The position numbers were made by a program, and so were the translations under genes. Shown piece by piece: positions 33,895 to 45,997 of a stretch of DNA of 64,000 bases; the first letter of the stretch is position 1; each line of letters begins with the position of its first letter. The DNA is from Mantamonas sphyraenae STR306. Taxonomy: Eukaryota; Protista; CRuMs. Under the pieces are notes generated by a model. That model made no database searches. It was not told the DNA's origin and saw only the letters and a program-made list of their open reading frames with translations. The stretch is from the NCBI GenBank assembly GCA_026936335.1, contig JAPMXV010000032.1:186001-250000 (forward strand), given 5' to 3'.

Positions 33895-34004
33895 ACCAAA
33901 CCAATCCTCAAACACTCGCACATGAACTGTTGGTCTGTTGATGCGGGTGGTTTCCGTCCATGGACGCACACCTCGCCAGCGGGAGCAGCGCAAACGGGGT
34001 CTTC

Positions 34005-34539
34005 ATGGTCAGTGGGCACATCCCGCCGCCATTCACACAAGCACAACGGCCAATCCACATGCTGACTCACCTGCTCACGCATCCACATGGACACACAGTC
34101 GACGACAGAGTACAAAAACGCGCTCAAGGCAACGATCAGCAGCAAGTCGTCCAAGGCGGCGCTTGTGTTTGTCAAGGCGCTGTATGACATGATGGACAAC
34201 AACAGACAGCACTTGGAGTTTGTGTACAGAGAGGATTCGATGATCTTGTGGAACGGCAACGAGTTTACCGGCCCCAAGGAGCTGGCAGCGTTCTGGGAGG
34301 ACATGCCGGCCACGCAGCACGACGTGACGTCAATAGACTGCCAACCTGTGCTGGAAACAGAGTCCACGTCGGCATCGGGTTCAGCCACACATGACTTGAT
34401 TGTCAATTGCGCCGGAGTGGTCACATATCAGGGCTCGGAAACAAAGCCTTTCAACCAGGTCTTTGTGCTTGTGCAGTCCGAGGAGCATGGCAAGGTCATC
34501 CACTTTGTGGCCCACGACACATTTCGCTACAGCTACTAA
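34005..34539 (+). CDS. NXT1: NTF2-related export protein NXT1/p15
   Basis: AA..FV..LY..MD..R, ILWNGN, MP.TQH...IDCQP and FNQ.F.L. Probable ATG-only exon 34005-34007 with intron 34008-34098; an alternative in-frame ATG lies at 34087. Confidence 0.82.
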
Positions 34540-34604
34540 AAGGCACCGCGTGGGGTTTGGCAGCTTGCTTTGGTAGGGCGCTGCTGCGTCCAAGGAGACG
34601 ACGA

Positions 34605-36283
34605 ATGAGCAGCGGGACGTTTGGCTTTGGAGCCAGTGACGACGAGGACGACGACTTTGATCTGTCTACACCGGCTCAACCTCGCGAAGGAAAGCGAGAA
34701 AAGGCGCAGCGGCGCAAGCGAGAGTTCAAAAGCGGCGCTCGCAACGAGGAGTGGCGGGAGAAGCGGCACAATGAAATCGGAGGCATCCGCAAAGAGCGGC
34801 GTCTCAGCCACTTGCGGGCCAAGCGGCGCCACTGTGCAGAAAGTCAAAAGGAGACGAGGATATTGGATCGCGACGAGCTGCTGGACCTGTGTCAGGCGCT
34901 GGAGACAAGCCACGAGGCCGACGAGCCTCAAGAGACGCTTCGTCTGCTGGGCGAACTGCGCGCGTTTTTGTCCTCCGAGCAGGAATGGCCTGTGGAGGAT
35001 GTGCATGAGATGCACGTGCTTCCTGTGCTCCTGGATGTGGTGGCCAACAGTGGCCACAACACAAAATTGCAGGAGGCTGCCACATGGTGCCTCGTGAGTA
35101 AGTTTGTGCAGCACCGACAGGTCGACCTCGCCGCCCCACGTCCAACGTATCCCCCGGCTGACACATCCTCCCGCCATTGGAACACTGCGATACGTCCATG
35201 GTCATTCGGCGCTGCACAGACATCTCTGCTGGTAGCGACGACGATTCGCGTGCGGTGGTGGAATGTGCCCCGTACCTCATCGAGTTTCTTCAGGGTCCTG
35301 TGGATGAGCTGCACGAACCGGCACTGTGGTGCCTGGGCAACATTGCCTACGGCGTGATTTCAGAAAGGGAAGCACTGGTGAACAATGGCATGCTGGAGCT
35401 GCTTGGCGTGCTTGTGGAGCGGCACAGTCAGCACAACATGCTGAAAACGGTGTGCTGGGCCACGTGCAACATGCTCACGGGCTCTCAGACCTCAGTGGAT
35501 GCGTTTTGGGAGCTCGGCGTGGGACCCGTGTTGCTGGAGCTGCTTCTGGCCGACGACGACTACGTGAACGAGGACCTGAAGCACGAGGTCGCCCACGTGC
35601 TTACCTACCTCACCGCAGGCAGGGAGAACACGGAGAAACTGTTGAGCCTGTTGGAGAATGACCTGCTGGACGCCGTGCGCACTCAGATGGCCAAGATGAA
35701 CGCTGAGTTGCTGTTCCCCATCGTACGCCTGGTGGCAAATGTGACCAGCCTGGACGACGACGTGGTCGACCAGCTGTTTGATCAAATCCCCGATCTGATG
35801 ACGCAGCTCAAAGCACTGGTGACGGTGGAGTTGCACCCGGCCCTTGTGCGGGAATTGTGCTTTGTGCTCAGCAACCTCACTGCAGGCAGTTCTGATCACA
35901 TACAGGCGGTGGTCGACGCAGATGTCATGCCCACCATGTGTTCACTGTTGCATACCTCGGGACTCGACGTGCGCACAGAGGCTGCGTACGTCCTGGTCAA
36001 CCTGAGCTCCTTCAACGCCGAACTGCTCGTAGACAGCGCAACCAAACACGACGCCCTCACAGGCGTGTCCAGCCTGTTGGCCAGTCACCACACAGAGGGC
36101 ATTCAACTCGCGCTCACCTACCTGGAAATGCTACTGCGTGAGATGGGCAGGGAGGGCGTCTTGCTGGTCGAAGAGTCGCCCGCGTACCTTGCCTTTGAAT
36201 CGCTGGTGTTTAGCGAACACCAGGATTCCACCGTGGTGCAACGATGTGAACGCATCATGGAGAAGTACTTTGAGGACGAATAG
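34605..36283 (+). CDS. Importin-alpha-like IBB/ARM-repeat protein (TMCO6-like)
   Basis: Exons 34605-35097 and 35220-36283. IBB-like RKERRLSHLRAKRR; ARM motifs EAATWCLVNISAG, ALWCLGNIA and ELCFVLSNLTAG. Confidence 0.8.
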
Positions 36284-36286
36284 AGT

Positions 36287-37825
36287 TCATTCCAACACTT
36301 CGCGCACGCTGTGGAGATCGCTCCGCAGCACCTCGACTCCCGGTCCTCCGAGCTCCACCTCCCGCACGGCACAGTTGGCCTCGCTTTCCAGCTTGTGCAC
36401 CAGCTCGGCCACGTTTTCATGAACACAGTTGGCAGGCACAAGCGTCAGGGCACAGCCGCCTCCCCCAGCGCCCGTCAGTTTGGAACGCAGGCCGTGCGAG
36501 CGAGCCAAACGGCACACGTGGTCCAATGCATCGTGACCCACGCCCAAAGCATTCAAAAGCTGGTGGTTGACTTCCATCAACTCACCCAAGTTGGCCTCCA
36601 GCGTCGCCGTGTCCAACTCGCCCTTGTCGTGGCCGTCAAACAGCTCAATGCACGCCTCCACAAGCTCACTCATGGCGGCGAGGATCGGATCAATGACCTT
36701 GGGCAGCCTGTCTCGCCTTTCGCGCACGCCTGCCACCAGTGCTTTGGTGTTGCGGCTCACCTGTGTGTCGCTCACCAAGAATCGCATGGCCGGCACATAC
36801 TCCAACGCCTTCATCTCACCGGCCTGGAAGCGCAAGGCGCCGCCAAAACAACTGACGGCGTTGTCGATGCCCGACGGTTTGCCATGGATGATCACCTCAC
36901 CCTGGTAGGCCCAGTCGTTGATCAGGGCCTTCTGCAGGCCACACAACCTGTCTCCAGCCACGCAGCCGTCGCAACCTCCGCATTTGTATACGCCGTTGGC
37001 AGACAAGAGAGCGGCAACCAGGGCCACGGCAAAGGAGGCCGACGAGCCCATGCCGGCGCCGATGGGCAGTTCCGAGTCAATCACAAACCGGTACGGCGCT
37101 CCAATGTTGTCCACCGACGATGTAATGGTCAGGTAAAGGTAGAGCAGAGCAGTGACGCCGTGGTGGATGTCCTTCTCCACCAGATCCTCGATCTTCTGCA
37201 GCTGTTCGGCCGTGGGACCGGTGACCTTTGCCGGGTGGGACACTGCGCGTGGCATGGGGTGTTTGTGTGTGAGCATTGCACGGACACTCGCTCATGGAAA
37301 TGTGCATTGGACCCAGTGGACATGGGCAGAGAGTGTGGGATGGGTGAGGGGAACGCGGAAACGTGGCGGGGGAAGAGGCGGTGTGGACGCACGTTTGAAC
37401 TCGGGTGCAATCTCGGCCAGCTGTTCCACAGTAAACACAAACTCGCGCTGAAGGTTGACAAAGTTGATGTACACGTGGTCGTTTGTGTCTCCAGAGACGG
37501 CGACGGTGGTGCGCAGTCCTGCGGCTGTGGCCACAGACGGCATGCCGTACACCACCGAGTGTTCACCAAACAGGATGACCTTGCCCGGCGCACTGGAGCG
37601 CACAGTGGGCCACAATGCACCCGATGAGCTGGACGTTTGCGTGTCCGTCACTGATCCATCCGTGGAACCCACAGCATCGCTGCTTCCATTGCTGTTGCTG
37701 CTGCTGCTGCCGCTGCCCCGAGTCGACTCCTTTTCGCTGGCATCGCTCAGCAGATCCTTGCTGCTGCCCGCTGACGGCAGAGGGGTGAGCAACGGACGGT
37801 GTTCCCCAGAGTGGTCGGTTTCCAT
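36287..37825 (-). CDS. MVK: Mevalonate kinase
   Basis: Exons 37825-37393 and 37242-36287. Motifs [40 protein letters not shown] and [10 protein letters not shown]. Confidence 0.95.
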
Positions 37826-37864
37826 GGATGAGGGACGCGTGTGTGGTTGGATGTATTAATATGG

Positions 37865-38635
37865 ATGGGGCGCACTGCGCTCGTGCAGGCAGTCTTTCCC
37901 CGGACCATCCACAGCACCATCTCCTCCTCCTCCAAACGCAAGCAAGAAGAAATCACAGGTGTGTCCTCGGCGGCCATTGTGGATCTCAAGGCGGTGTTGT
38001 TTGAACAGGAGGAGCGGCACAAGCGAAGACGACTTCAGGCTGGTGGCAGCAAGCACCTCAAGGCACACGGAACAGCCTCGTCGTCGTCTTCCACACTTTC
38101 GTTGAAACAGAGCAACCGTGGCGTGCAGGAGCGAGCGCAGCGCGATGCGGAGGAGCACGCACGCAGTAAAAAGAGCTTGCGCAACGCGGCTCGCTCGCTG
38201 CAAGCCAAAGCGGCCGCGTACGACGCCATGCTGCTGCGCATGAATCACTATGGCGAAGAGGGTGAGGACAACAAGGACACATCCTCAAGAAGCAGCAGCA
38301 GCAGCAGCAGCAGCAATGTGCTGGTGGACTTTGAACGCAAGCAGTGGCAGATGGAAGACCTGGGTTGGAAGCCACCGTCAGCGGAAGCCGCGCCACGGGA
38401 CGACGAGGTGTACGCAGGCACGCAAGAGTCTGGACCGCGCAACAATGACGTGCACCGGGCGATGATGGAGGAGATGCGAGCCGAAGTGGAACGGCAACGG
38501 CAACAACTGCACAAAGAACGGGCAGCTCGCAGGCGACAGCTGCAGCAACGCAAACAACGGCTGCAGGCTCGTCAGGCAGCATTGGCCAAGCCTACGACGT
38601 CGTCCGTCCAGACACACTCGCAAGGGACACGCTAG
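37865..38635 (+). CDS. CCDC174-like coiled-coil protein
   Basis: SAAIVDLKAVLF, SNRGVQERAQRD, LQAKAAAYD.M and LVDFERK patterns; start codon uncertain. Confidence 0.6.
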   Translation: MGRTALVQAVFPRTIHSTISSSSKRKQEEITGVSSAAIVDLKAVLFEQEERHKRRRLQAGGSKHLKAHGTASSSSSTLSLKQSNRGVQERAQRDAEEHARSKKSLRNAARSLQAKAAAYDAMLLRMNHYGEEGEDNKDTSSRSSSSSSSSNVLVDFERKQWQMEDLGWKPPSAEAAPRDDEVYAGTQESGPRNNDVHRAMMEEMRAEVERQRQQLHKERAARRRQLQQRKQRLQARQAALAKPTTSSVQTHSQGTR

Positions 38636-38644
38636 TCACATTGT

Positions 38645-40674
38645 TCATTTTCGCTTCAGGAAGGAGCGGCTGCGTCGTTTGGGCTGTTTGTCGTCAAGCA
38701 GCGCAGCGAGACGGGCTTGTTCCGCCTCCGCTTCGCGTTGCTTGCGACGCATGCTCTCCTCGGTGTACTCCATCACAATCTCCTCATTCTGGATTTCCTT
38801 GTAGACGCGTTCCAGCAAGGTGTCCTCGTACTCATACATGCCGCGGTGCACGTTTTCTACGTACTGCTCCAGCGTCATCTTCTCCTTCACCTGCGGGTTG
38901 TACATGTCTGTGTTGAGCATGATGACTGAATAGGCCAGAAAATACACGGCGTCCGGGTCGCTCAGTTCCCCCTGCGGGTTTTGCGCCACATACGACTTGG
39001 ACAGCGCCTCCATCACCCTGGAAATCTTTTGCGCCTCCCCCGGCAGCCGGAACAGGTTGAGCAGGTGTCGCATGGACTTGACCACACTCATGCCGGCCAG
39101 ATCCAGTTGGTCCGTAAATGCCTGCAGCACCAGCAGGTTCTCCTCGTCCGGTTCGCCCAGGTATTCGCCCACCGCGTCTTTGTTGACGCCTCCGGTGAGA
39201 AGGAACCATGCAATCGAGCTTGGCGAATCCTCAATAATGCCCTCGCGCACCAAATATTCCAGTCCTCGTGCCGCCTTTTGCTCAAACAGCAGCACGCCGT
39301 AGCGCAGCTTGAACACACTCTGTGGCGTCCCTTCGCCGGCTCCTTCTCCATGTCTCGGGGTCCCTCCACCCCCTCCCTTGTTCACACCTCCACCTGCCCC
39401 TGGTGATGTAAACCTGCGTGTGGGTGCCTGGTATGCCAACAGTGGCGATGGCTCTGCACGTTCCACTCCAGACACCAGTTTGCCTTCCACTTGCACCTGC
39501 GGCACCCGCTGGCCCTTTGATGACAAAGACGACGACGACGACGACGACGCTGCTGCGGCTGCTGCTGCTGCTGCTGCTGTTGCCTGTTCCCTGGCTGCGT
39601 CTACGATCGAGCGCGTGGCAAAGCCTGACAACGACGTGCGCCGCACTCGAGCCTGTTGCCGAATCTGGCCAATGACCGGCGAGTCAACGTTGTCGTCGTC
39701 GTCGTCGTCGTCATTGTTGTCGTCGTCGCCCTCGCTTCCTCCCAATTCCGTTACATTCACCTGCAGCGCTTTGCCGCGTTTGCCTGCCAGCGACATGGAA
39801 GAGGTGCTTGACGCCGCCGACGCCGACGCAGACGACGACGACGACGAGGAGCCCTCGCTCGCCTTTGGGCTGCGGTTGAACCCCAGATACTCAGCCATCT
39901 TGACAGCAAGCACATTCACTCCTTCCAGATCGTATGAAATGCGTAGCATCTCCACGTTGTGAGCATCCATCCATTCGCGCTGCCATTGCAGCTCCTCGTG
40001 TAACTCCGCCACAGCCACCGGAAAACGCGTCGTGTCTCCTTGCTCCTCTGCTCCTCCAGACGTTCCGCTCATCACCTTTTCCAGCGCCATGTTGCAATCC
40101 ACCACCGCTTTGCTCAGCAGCTCCACCTGTTGCGCCTGGTTGGCCAGGTCTGACGTCAACCGTGCCACTTCCGAATCCCTTGTCCCGTTGCCTTTTCGGC
40201 TGCCACCACCCCGCTCGTTCTTGCGGCCGCCGCTGTTGCTGATGCCGCCGCTGCCGCTGCTTCCTGTGCCCCTGTCACCGAGTCTATCGCCACGTGATCG
40301 CGTGTGTCCATTGTTGTTGGTGTCGCGTGCGTGGATACTTCGTCGTGTTCGGCTTTCTCCGTTTGTCGTCTCCGCCGCGGCCATTGCCGCTTCTTCCACC
40401 GCCGCCACTCGCTGGCTAAGCTTCAACACGTCCTGCGCCCCGGCCGCATGGCCACCTCGCTGATCACCCGGTTCACCTTTTTGTTCAGCGTCCTCGAATC
40501 CTTCACCACATTGATCAGCTGCTCAATCATCTGTTCTTGCCTCGCCTGCAGCGTCTCCACCTTTGTCACCACCGTTTTCGCAAGCTCCGCCCGTGCCTCC
40601 TTCTCCACACGCAGTTCCTCCTCCAGCGCCTCCATCCGCCTTAGCACTGCCTCGAGTGCATCCCGGTCGCTCAT
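38645..40674 (-). CDS. Sec7-domain ARF GEF with an N-terminal coiled coil and no PH domain
   Basis: FRLPGEAQKISRVME (glutamic finger), VGEYLGE and LAYSVIMLNTDMYNPQVK.KMT. The N-terminal coiled coil from ATG 40674 is separated from the main ORF by a 1-nt frame break near 40456. Confidence 0.88.
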
Positions 40675-40757
40675 CTCAGCCGGGGGGTTCGTTTTGGCCC
40701 TGCAGCCGCCAACACGAACACACACTCACCTGGAAAGCCACCACCTTTTCGCAAACC

Positions 40758-41174
40758 ATGCAAAAGGTGTTGTTTGTGGGTGCCATTGTGATCACCGTGG
40801 CTGTTCTGGCCTCGCTGTCCTCCTTGCGCCAGAGCAACGAGTCGGCGTTGCGCGAAACGGTGGCTCAGCCCACCGCTGAAGATTCCACCCCGTCGCGTCC
40901 AGACAAGGCCCGCAAGGGTGCTCCACACAAGCAAACCATTTACGCAGAACCTCCTGCGCCAACCGCGCCCCCCGAATGCATCTGCATGGCCGTCGTCGAC
41001 CACGTCTGTGGCCACGACCTGAAAACCTACCAGAATTCGTGCCTCGCCGCTTGCGCCGGCGTTGATGTTCTTCACGACGCCGAATGTACCCCAGAGGAGC
41101 AGGCACGGCGCGCAAAACGCGATGCCGAGGCCCAGAGGCGCCTGGACCGCATCATCAGCGACAACCGGGCGTGA
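40758..41174 (+). CDS. Small secreted or signal-anchored Kazal-domain protein
   Basis: Hydrophobic N-terminus MQKVLFVGAIVITVAVLASL; CICMAVVDHVCGHDLKTYQNSCLAAC...EC Kazal cysteine spacing. Confidence 0.8.
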   Translation: MQKVLFVGAIVITVAVLASLSSLRQSNESALRETVAQPTAEDSTPSRPDKARKGAPHKQTIYAEPPAPTAPPECICMAVVDHVCGHDLKTYQNSCLAACAGVDVLHDAECTPEEQARRAKRDAEAQRRLDRIISDNRA

Positions 41175-41257
41175 GCCGAGGTTGCCATTCCGAGGCCCAG
41201 AGGCGCCTGGACCGCATCATCAGCGACAACCGGGCGTGAGCCGAGGTTGCCATTCCG
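41125..41257. repeat. 65-bp perfect tandem duplication spanning the Kazal gene stop codon
   Basis: CCGAGGCCCAGAGG...GTTGCCATT at 41125-41189 is repeated at 41190-41254. Confidence 0.92.
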
Positions 41258-41321
41258 CCATGACGTGAAGTGCGTGTGCGACCACTTTCATTGCATTCGT
41301 TCAACAACCAAACAACCCATC

Positions 41322-44300
41322 TCACCACCAGTCCACATTGAGTTGCTGCGTGCTCTTGCCCGCACCTCCCCCGTTGCCTGTTGTGCTCGTGGTGTTGTTG
41401 GCTGGAGGCGGTGCCGACGCTTGCTTGGCCCATTCCGGTCGGTGCTTAAAGGGCCACACGCCAAACCACCACGCCGTGAGCAGGTAGGTGATGGACATCG
41501 ACACCACCGCTGCCACAATCTTCTTCATGTAGTGTGAAAACAGCTGCTTCTTGAGCCAGCGGCCTGCCTTCTTGTCCACACGCCAAGGCGCCACAGCCTC
41601 GCGCTCGGGCGTCTCCAGGTGCGGATTGCGGTTAGGCTCCTCGCGACCCAGACCCGCGGGCATCTCGTCCGCCTGGTCCTTGGGCAGCAGCGTAAATGTC
41701 ATTTCCACACGGCCCTGCAGACCCTCCTCATTGGGATGGCGCAGATCCAGCCACTGCCTGTCCAGGTGTTGTGTGGCACGGTACTTGTAGGCCTTCTTAA
41801 ACAGACCGCCAAAGTTGACGACCGCCTGGCCGATCATTTCGTTGTTTGCCACCAGCTCGCGGTCCCACATCGTCACCGTGAACCGCGGGTTCTCAAACGG
41901 AATGCTGATGTCCCACACCATGCGCCAGTTGAACACCGCCTTGCCGTTGTTGCACTTCCAGTGCACATCCGTCTCCTGCTTCTTCAAGTCGCCCAGCTGA
42001 CCCGTGATGTACACGTCCGACGAGTCGTCGTCGTTCTTGAACACCACGTCTTCTGTTCCCCACACCACCACGCGGAACACAAAGTCCAACGGTTCCGGCG
42101 GTCCAATCTGCTTCAGCTTCGTCTTGGCCGCCAGCTCCTCCGGCACAATTTCCAGGAACATCTCCATCTTGCCCTGAGGCGCACTGCTCGCCGGGTTCCA
42201 CAGCGTACGATGTTCTTTCGGCTTGGTGTTCATCGACTGCCACTTCTTGCTGAAGAAGCGTGTCTCCAGGTCGATTTCCGTCGTGCCGATCAGGTCGTCG
42301 CCACTCAGCTGGTCCCAATCCCACACTTCGATGCGCAGGACGCTCTCGCCCGGCAGCGTCATGGGAATGCGGTAGGTTTGGAAGAACATCGGATTCAGGG
42401 TCTCCTTGATCAGGCTATCAAAGTCCTTTGTCAGCTTCTTGCCGAACCCGTAGCAAATGTACGGGTCGCTAAGGCCGTTTGCATCCTGTGGCGTCAGGTT
42501 CATGCAGCGCAGCACATACAAGCGCACTTCCACTCGCTTCGGCTCAAAGATGTCTGCCGGCAGGCCCTCGCTCTGTGCGGAGGATGCCTTTTTGCCCTTC
42601 TTGTTGTCCACCACGCGGATGTGAGCCTTGGCCACGCCCACACGCTTGCGCGTCGTTCCGTCGGGGCTGTTCTTGGCACGCAGTCGTTCCAAGCGCGTCA
42701 GGCCCTTGGTCTTGCCGCGCCACAGCGTGTACTCTTGGAACAACGAATCGGACAGCGTCGTCTCCAGCTCCTTTTTCACAAGCGGGATGTTGTCTTCGGA
42801 GAAGCCCTTACCGTCGTCGGCGCCTCCCAGGGTCGTTTCCGCCACCTGCGGGCTGGCGTCGACCACTGCGTCGACGTTGGACGAACTGGACGATCCCACG
42901 CCCGATGCGAGCAGGCCTGCCGTCTCGTCGTCGTCGTCGTCTTCAACAGTGATGCTGGTCAGCTCAATATTGCCCAGGACCTCGTCTTCCTCCTTGGCAT
43001 ACGTGCTGCGTCGATTGGACGAGGAGGACGAGGAGGACGAGGAAGACGAGGAAGACGAGGACGAGGACGAGGACGACACCTCCTGTGTCCTGCTCAGGTC
43101 CAGCTTGCCTCCGTGCTTAAACTTGGTTTCCTCCAGCGCATCCAGCTGCTCTTGGTTGTACCAGGGCACGAAGCGAGCCAGGTTGATGGAGCCCGAGCCG
43201 ATGAGCTTGTTGCCGCGCACCTTGCGCTTCTCAAACACACTGACGTTGAGATTGGGGCAGAAGAGCGGATTGACAGGCAAGTTGACCTGAAGTCTGAGTT
43301 GCTCCAGATGGTTGGGGTTCCTTGGGTCAGGCTCAGCCGTGGGTTCGCTGGCAGCGTAGAAGCCATCCGCGCGTGCTCCGGTATCAAACTCGACCAGAGT
43401 GGGACCCAGCTCGAGCGGGTTGGGTGCAATGAGGTTTCTCAGACCAGCCAAGGAGATCTCGACGATGGAGTCCTTCATGCGCGGCGTGATACTCTGTGGC
43501 ATGGGGTACTTGTTGGTCTTGTCCATGGGAACGAGCTGAAAGGAACACAGAACCTCGCCCTCGGGCAGTTCCGGATCTGTGGTCCACAGTGGGAACCACG
43601 TTGGCTCGGCGGGCATCTTGGGGCCCACCGAGCGGGGCGACAGGGAGAAGCGGCCGAGGAAATCGTCACCTCCGTGTTCGTCGTAGTCGTGCACCATGAC
43701 ATTGATGTCGGGACAGTAGTCGAGATCAACGGGCAGGTCGACGGGCACAACTACGGTTTCGTACCACATAGGGTTGATGGTCTTGTCCAGCTTCATGGAC
43801 TTGCGGTTGCCGTCGATAAAGCTGACCGTCACGTAGGGGTCGCTGAGGCCGTTGTCGTCGGCTGCAGGGATGTTGCGACCCTGGAAGAGATGGCATCGGA
43901 GTTCGTGAGGCACGAGGTCGGGCGGGTTGAGAGGCTGGCGAGGTCCGCTTGGCTTGCGTTTGGCCTCAAAGACCTGGAGGTTGAAGAGGAGAAAGCCAGG
44001 AAACATGTCCTCGGTGTACACACTGCTGAGGGTGTCGACCTCGAGCATGCGCCACTTGAGCGGCTGGTTGGGCTTCATGTAGTCCATGTAGTTGAGACGC
44101 ACGTACCCCAGACGGTCCTTGTGCCTGCCTGCCTGGCGCTTGCTCTTGGAGTACAGGACGACAAAGATGTCTGGCAGCTGGCTGGGGTCGTCAGGCAGCG
44201 TAAACTGCTCCTCTTTGAACTGTTCGTACCAGCAGACGTGGCCACGCTTGGCGGTGAGGAACTTGGAACGAAGCTTCTTGTCGGCAATGATGACCTCGAC

Positions 44301-45935
44301 CACGGCCTCGCCCGAGGTGGGCACCTCGACGGCTTCGAGCAAGTCAAAGCGCACTGTGTATGCGGTGGTCTTGGGTTCGGACACAGAGCCGATGCTCTTG
44401 ATCTGCAACTTTGGCTCGTCGTAGAGCTCGGCGCGAATGTCCACGAGGACGCGTCCACGCCAGTCGGAGCCTGCAATGTTGCCCTTGCACATGTCCTTTG
44501 CGACGGGGTGACCCGAGTGGTTCTTCCGCGGGGGACCGTAAAAGTGGAGCCAGAAAGGCTTGGAGCTGATGCCCAGAGCCCTGCGTTCTTCGAAACTGGT
44601 GTACGCAGTTGCAATGAGATCGTCTGCGCTGCCCTTGTCCTTGTCGTACAGCTCGAGGCGAATGAGATCAGACATGCTTGGCAGAGTGATGGGCAGGCTA
44701 AGCTCCTGGTTCCACTTTGGGGTTGTGGACTTGGCAATGACTTTGGTCTCCAGCTGAACCCCCTGGAAATAGGCCCGGATGAAGGCATCTGTGGACCCGA
44801 CTGTGACACAGGCCAAGGAAGGGCGTGTGAGTGCATGGATTCACGGGCAGCCGAGCGGAGAAGCTTGCGCGACGCCAGGAGGGAAGGGCGAAAGCGTACA
44901 GGTGTCCATCTTGGGAAGGCCCTCTGCTTTGTACACGCGCACACGGAGCAGCCAGTCCTCTGTTTGGACAGTGGGGGGCATCATCACCTGTGTGTGCACC
45001 AAGTGGATGTGGTGGGCGGCGAAGCACGTGTCGTGAGGTCTGGTGTGAGCTCGGGGTGCCGAAAAGACAAGAGTTACGCGGGTGAGCTGCAGGCTGGGCT
45101 GCACGTACGAGCGAATCCAGGTCGTTGTTGAAATCTTCATCGTCCTCATCGTCGCCATGGTCGAATGCTTCGTCGCCGGGACCGTACACAAAGATACTGA
45201 GTTTGAGGTAGCCCTGGGGAGAGGAGCAGAAGGCGCGTGTGTCAGCGGAAATTTTTGACCCTCTGCGTTGGAAGGGTGGCGGGCGAGCAAGACGGGCAGT
45301 TGCGACCCAATGGGGGCAGGAAACGATGTGGTTGGCAGGCATGTGGGGCTGGGAGCGGTGTGCGAGAAGGGAAACAGCAGCGGGAAGGGTGGAGGGAGGA
45401 GGAGAACACTCACCTGAACGCCTTCAAAAGTGTCGGAGGAGTCGATTAGGGCGACCCATTGCTTGTACAGCTCGTGGTGGTCCATGTTGTAGATGGGTCC
45501 CAGCTCAAACTCGTAGGAGCCTATGTGGCAAGGCGAGGTAGGACGTGTGTGTGAGTCGAGGGACGGTGGGATGGGTTCAGCGCGGGGGCGAGAGGGTGGA
45601 AGCGGGAAATGGTGGGCAACGGAGCAGGGTTGGGCGCAAGGAGAGGACTACGTACCGATCTGGACATTGCGCTTGAGGGCATTGCTGTCAAAGACGGTGA
45701 CGACAAGCTTGGAGTTTGTCATTTCGCCCTGGACCATGCGCTTCTCGAAAAACAGGCTCTGGTCAAAGAACGGGTTGAGGTTCTGCTTGATGGTGCTGGT
45801 GGTCTGCTTCTTTCCGAAGCAGGACACGGTGCACACGGGATCACTGACGCCGCCACTGCTTCGGGCATGGAGGTCACGGCACTCAATGATGTGCACGCGG
45901 ACCTGCCAATCACCCTTCTTGTTGCCGCGAGACAT
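41322..45935 (-). CDS. Ferlin-family multi-C2 tail-anchored membrane fusion/repair protein (no DysF seen)
   Basis: Exons 45935-45656, 45520-45414, 45213-45109, 44987-44900 and 44800-41322. Multiple C2 domains (D.NGLSDPY, WDWDQLSGDDLIG.T.IDLE.R, QETDVHW...FNWR), the ferlin motif AGLGREEPN and a C-terminal TM helix. Confidence 0.92.
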
Positions 45936-45997
45936 TGTTTCAGTGGGTGGGGGCGGGGCCGGCTGCAAACAAATTGTTCGTGTTTGTAGCAGACAAG

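Noticed and set aside
3989-37825. ACL + FTHFS + mevalonate kinase as a metabolic gene cluster
   Set aside because: MVK is about 28 kb away with many unrelated genes between, and FTHFS has no direct pathway link; only the ACLA/ACLB pair is convincing.
41619-45131. 1170-aa + strand ORF and other long antisense ORFs (3932-5284, 6034-7509, 20100-22343, 27946-30168, 36311-37627)
   Set aside because: Antisense shadows of real genes caused by GC-rich codon bias; no motifs and implausible composition.
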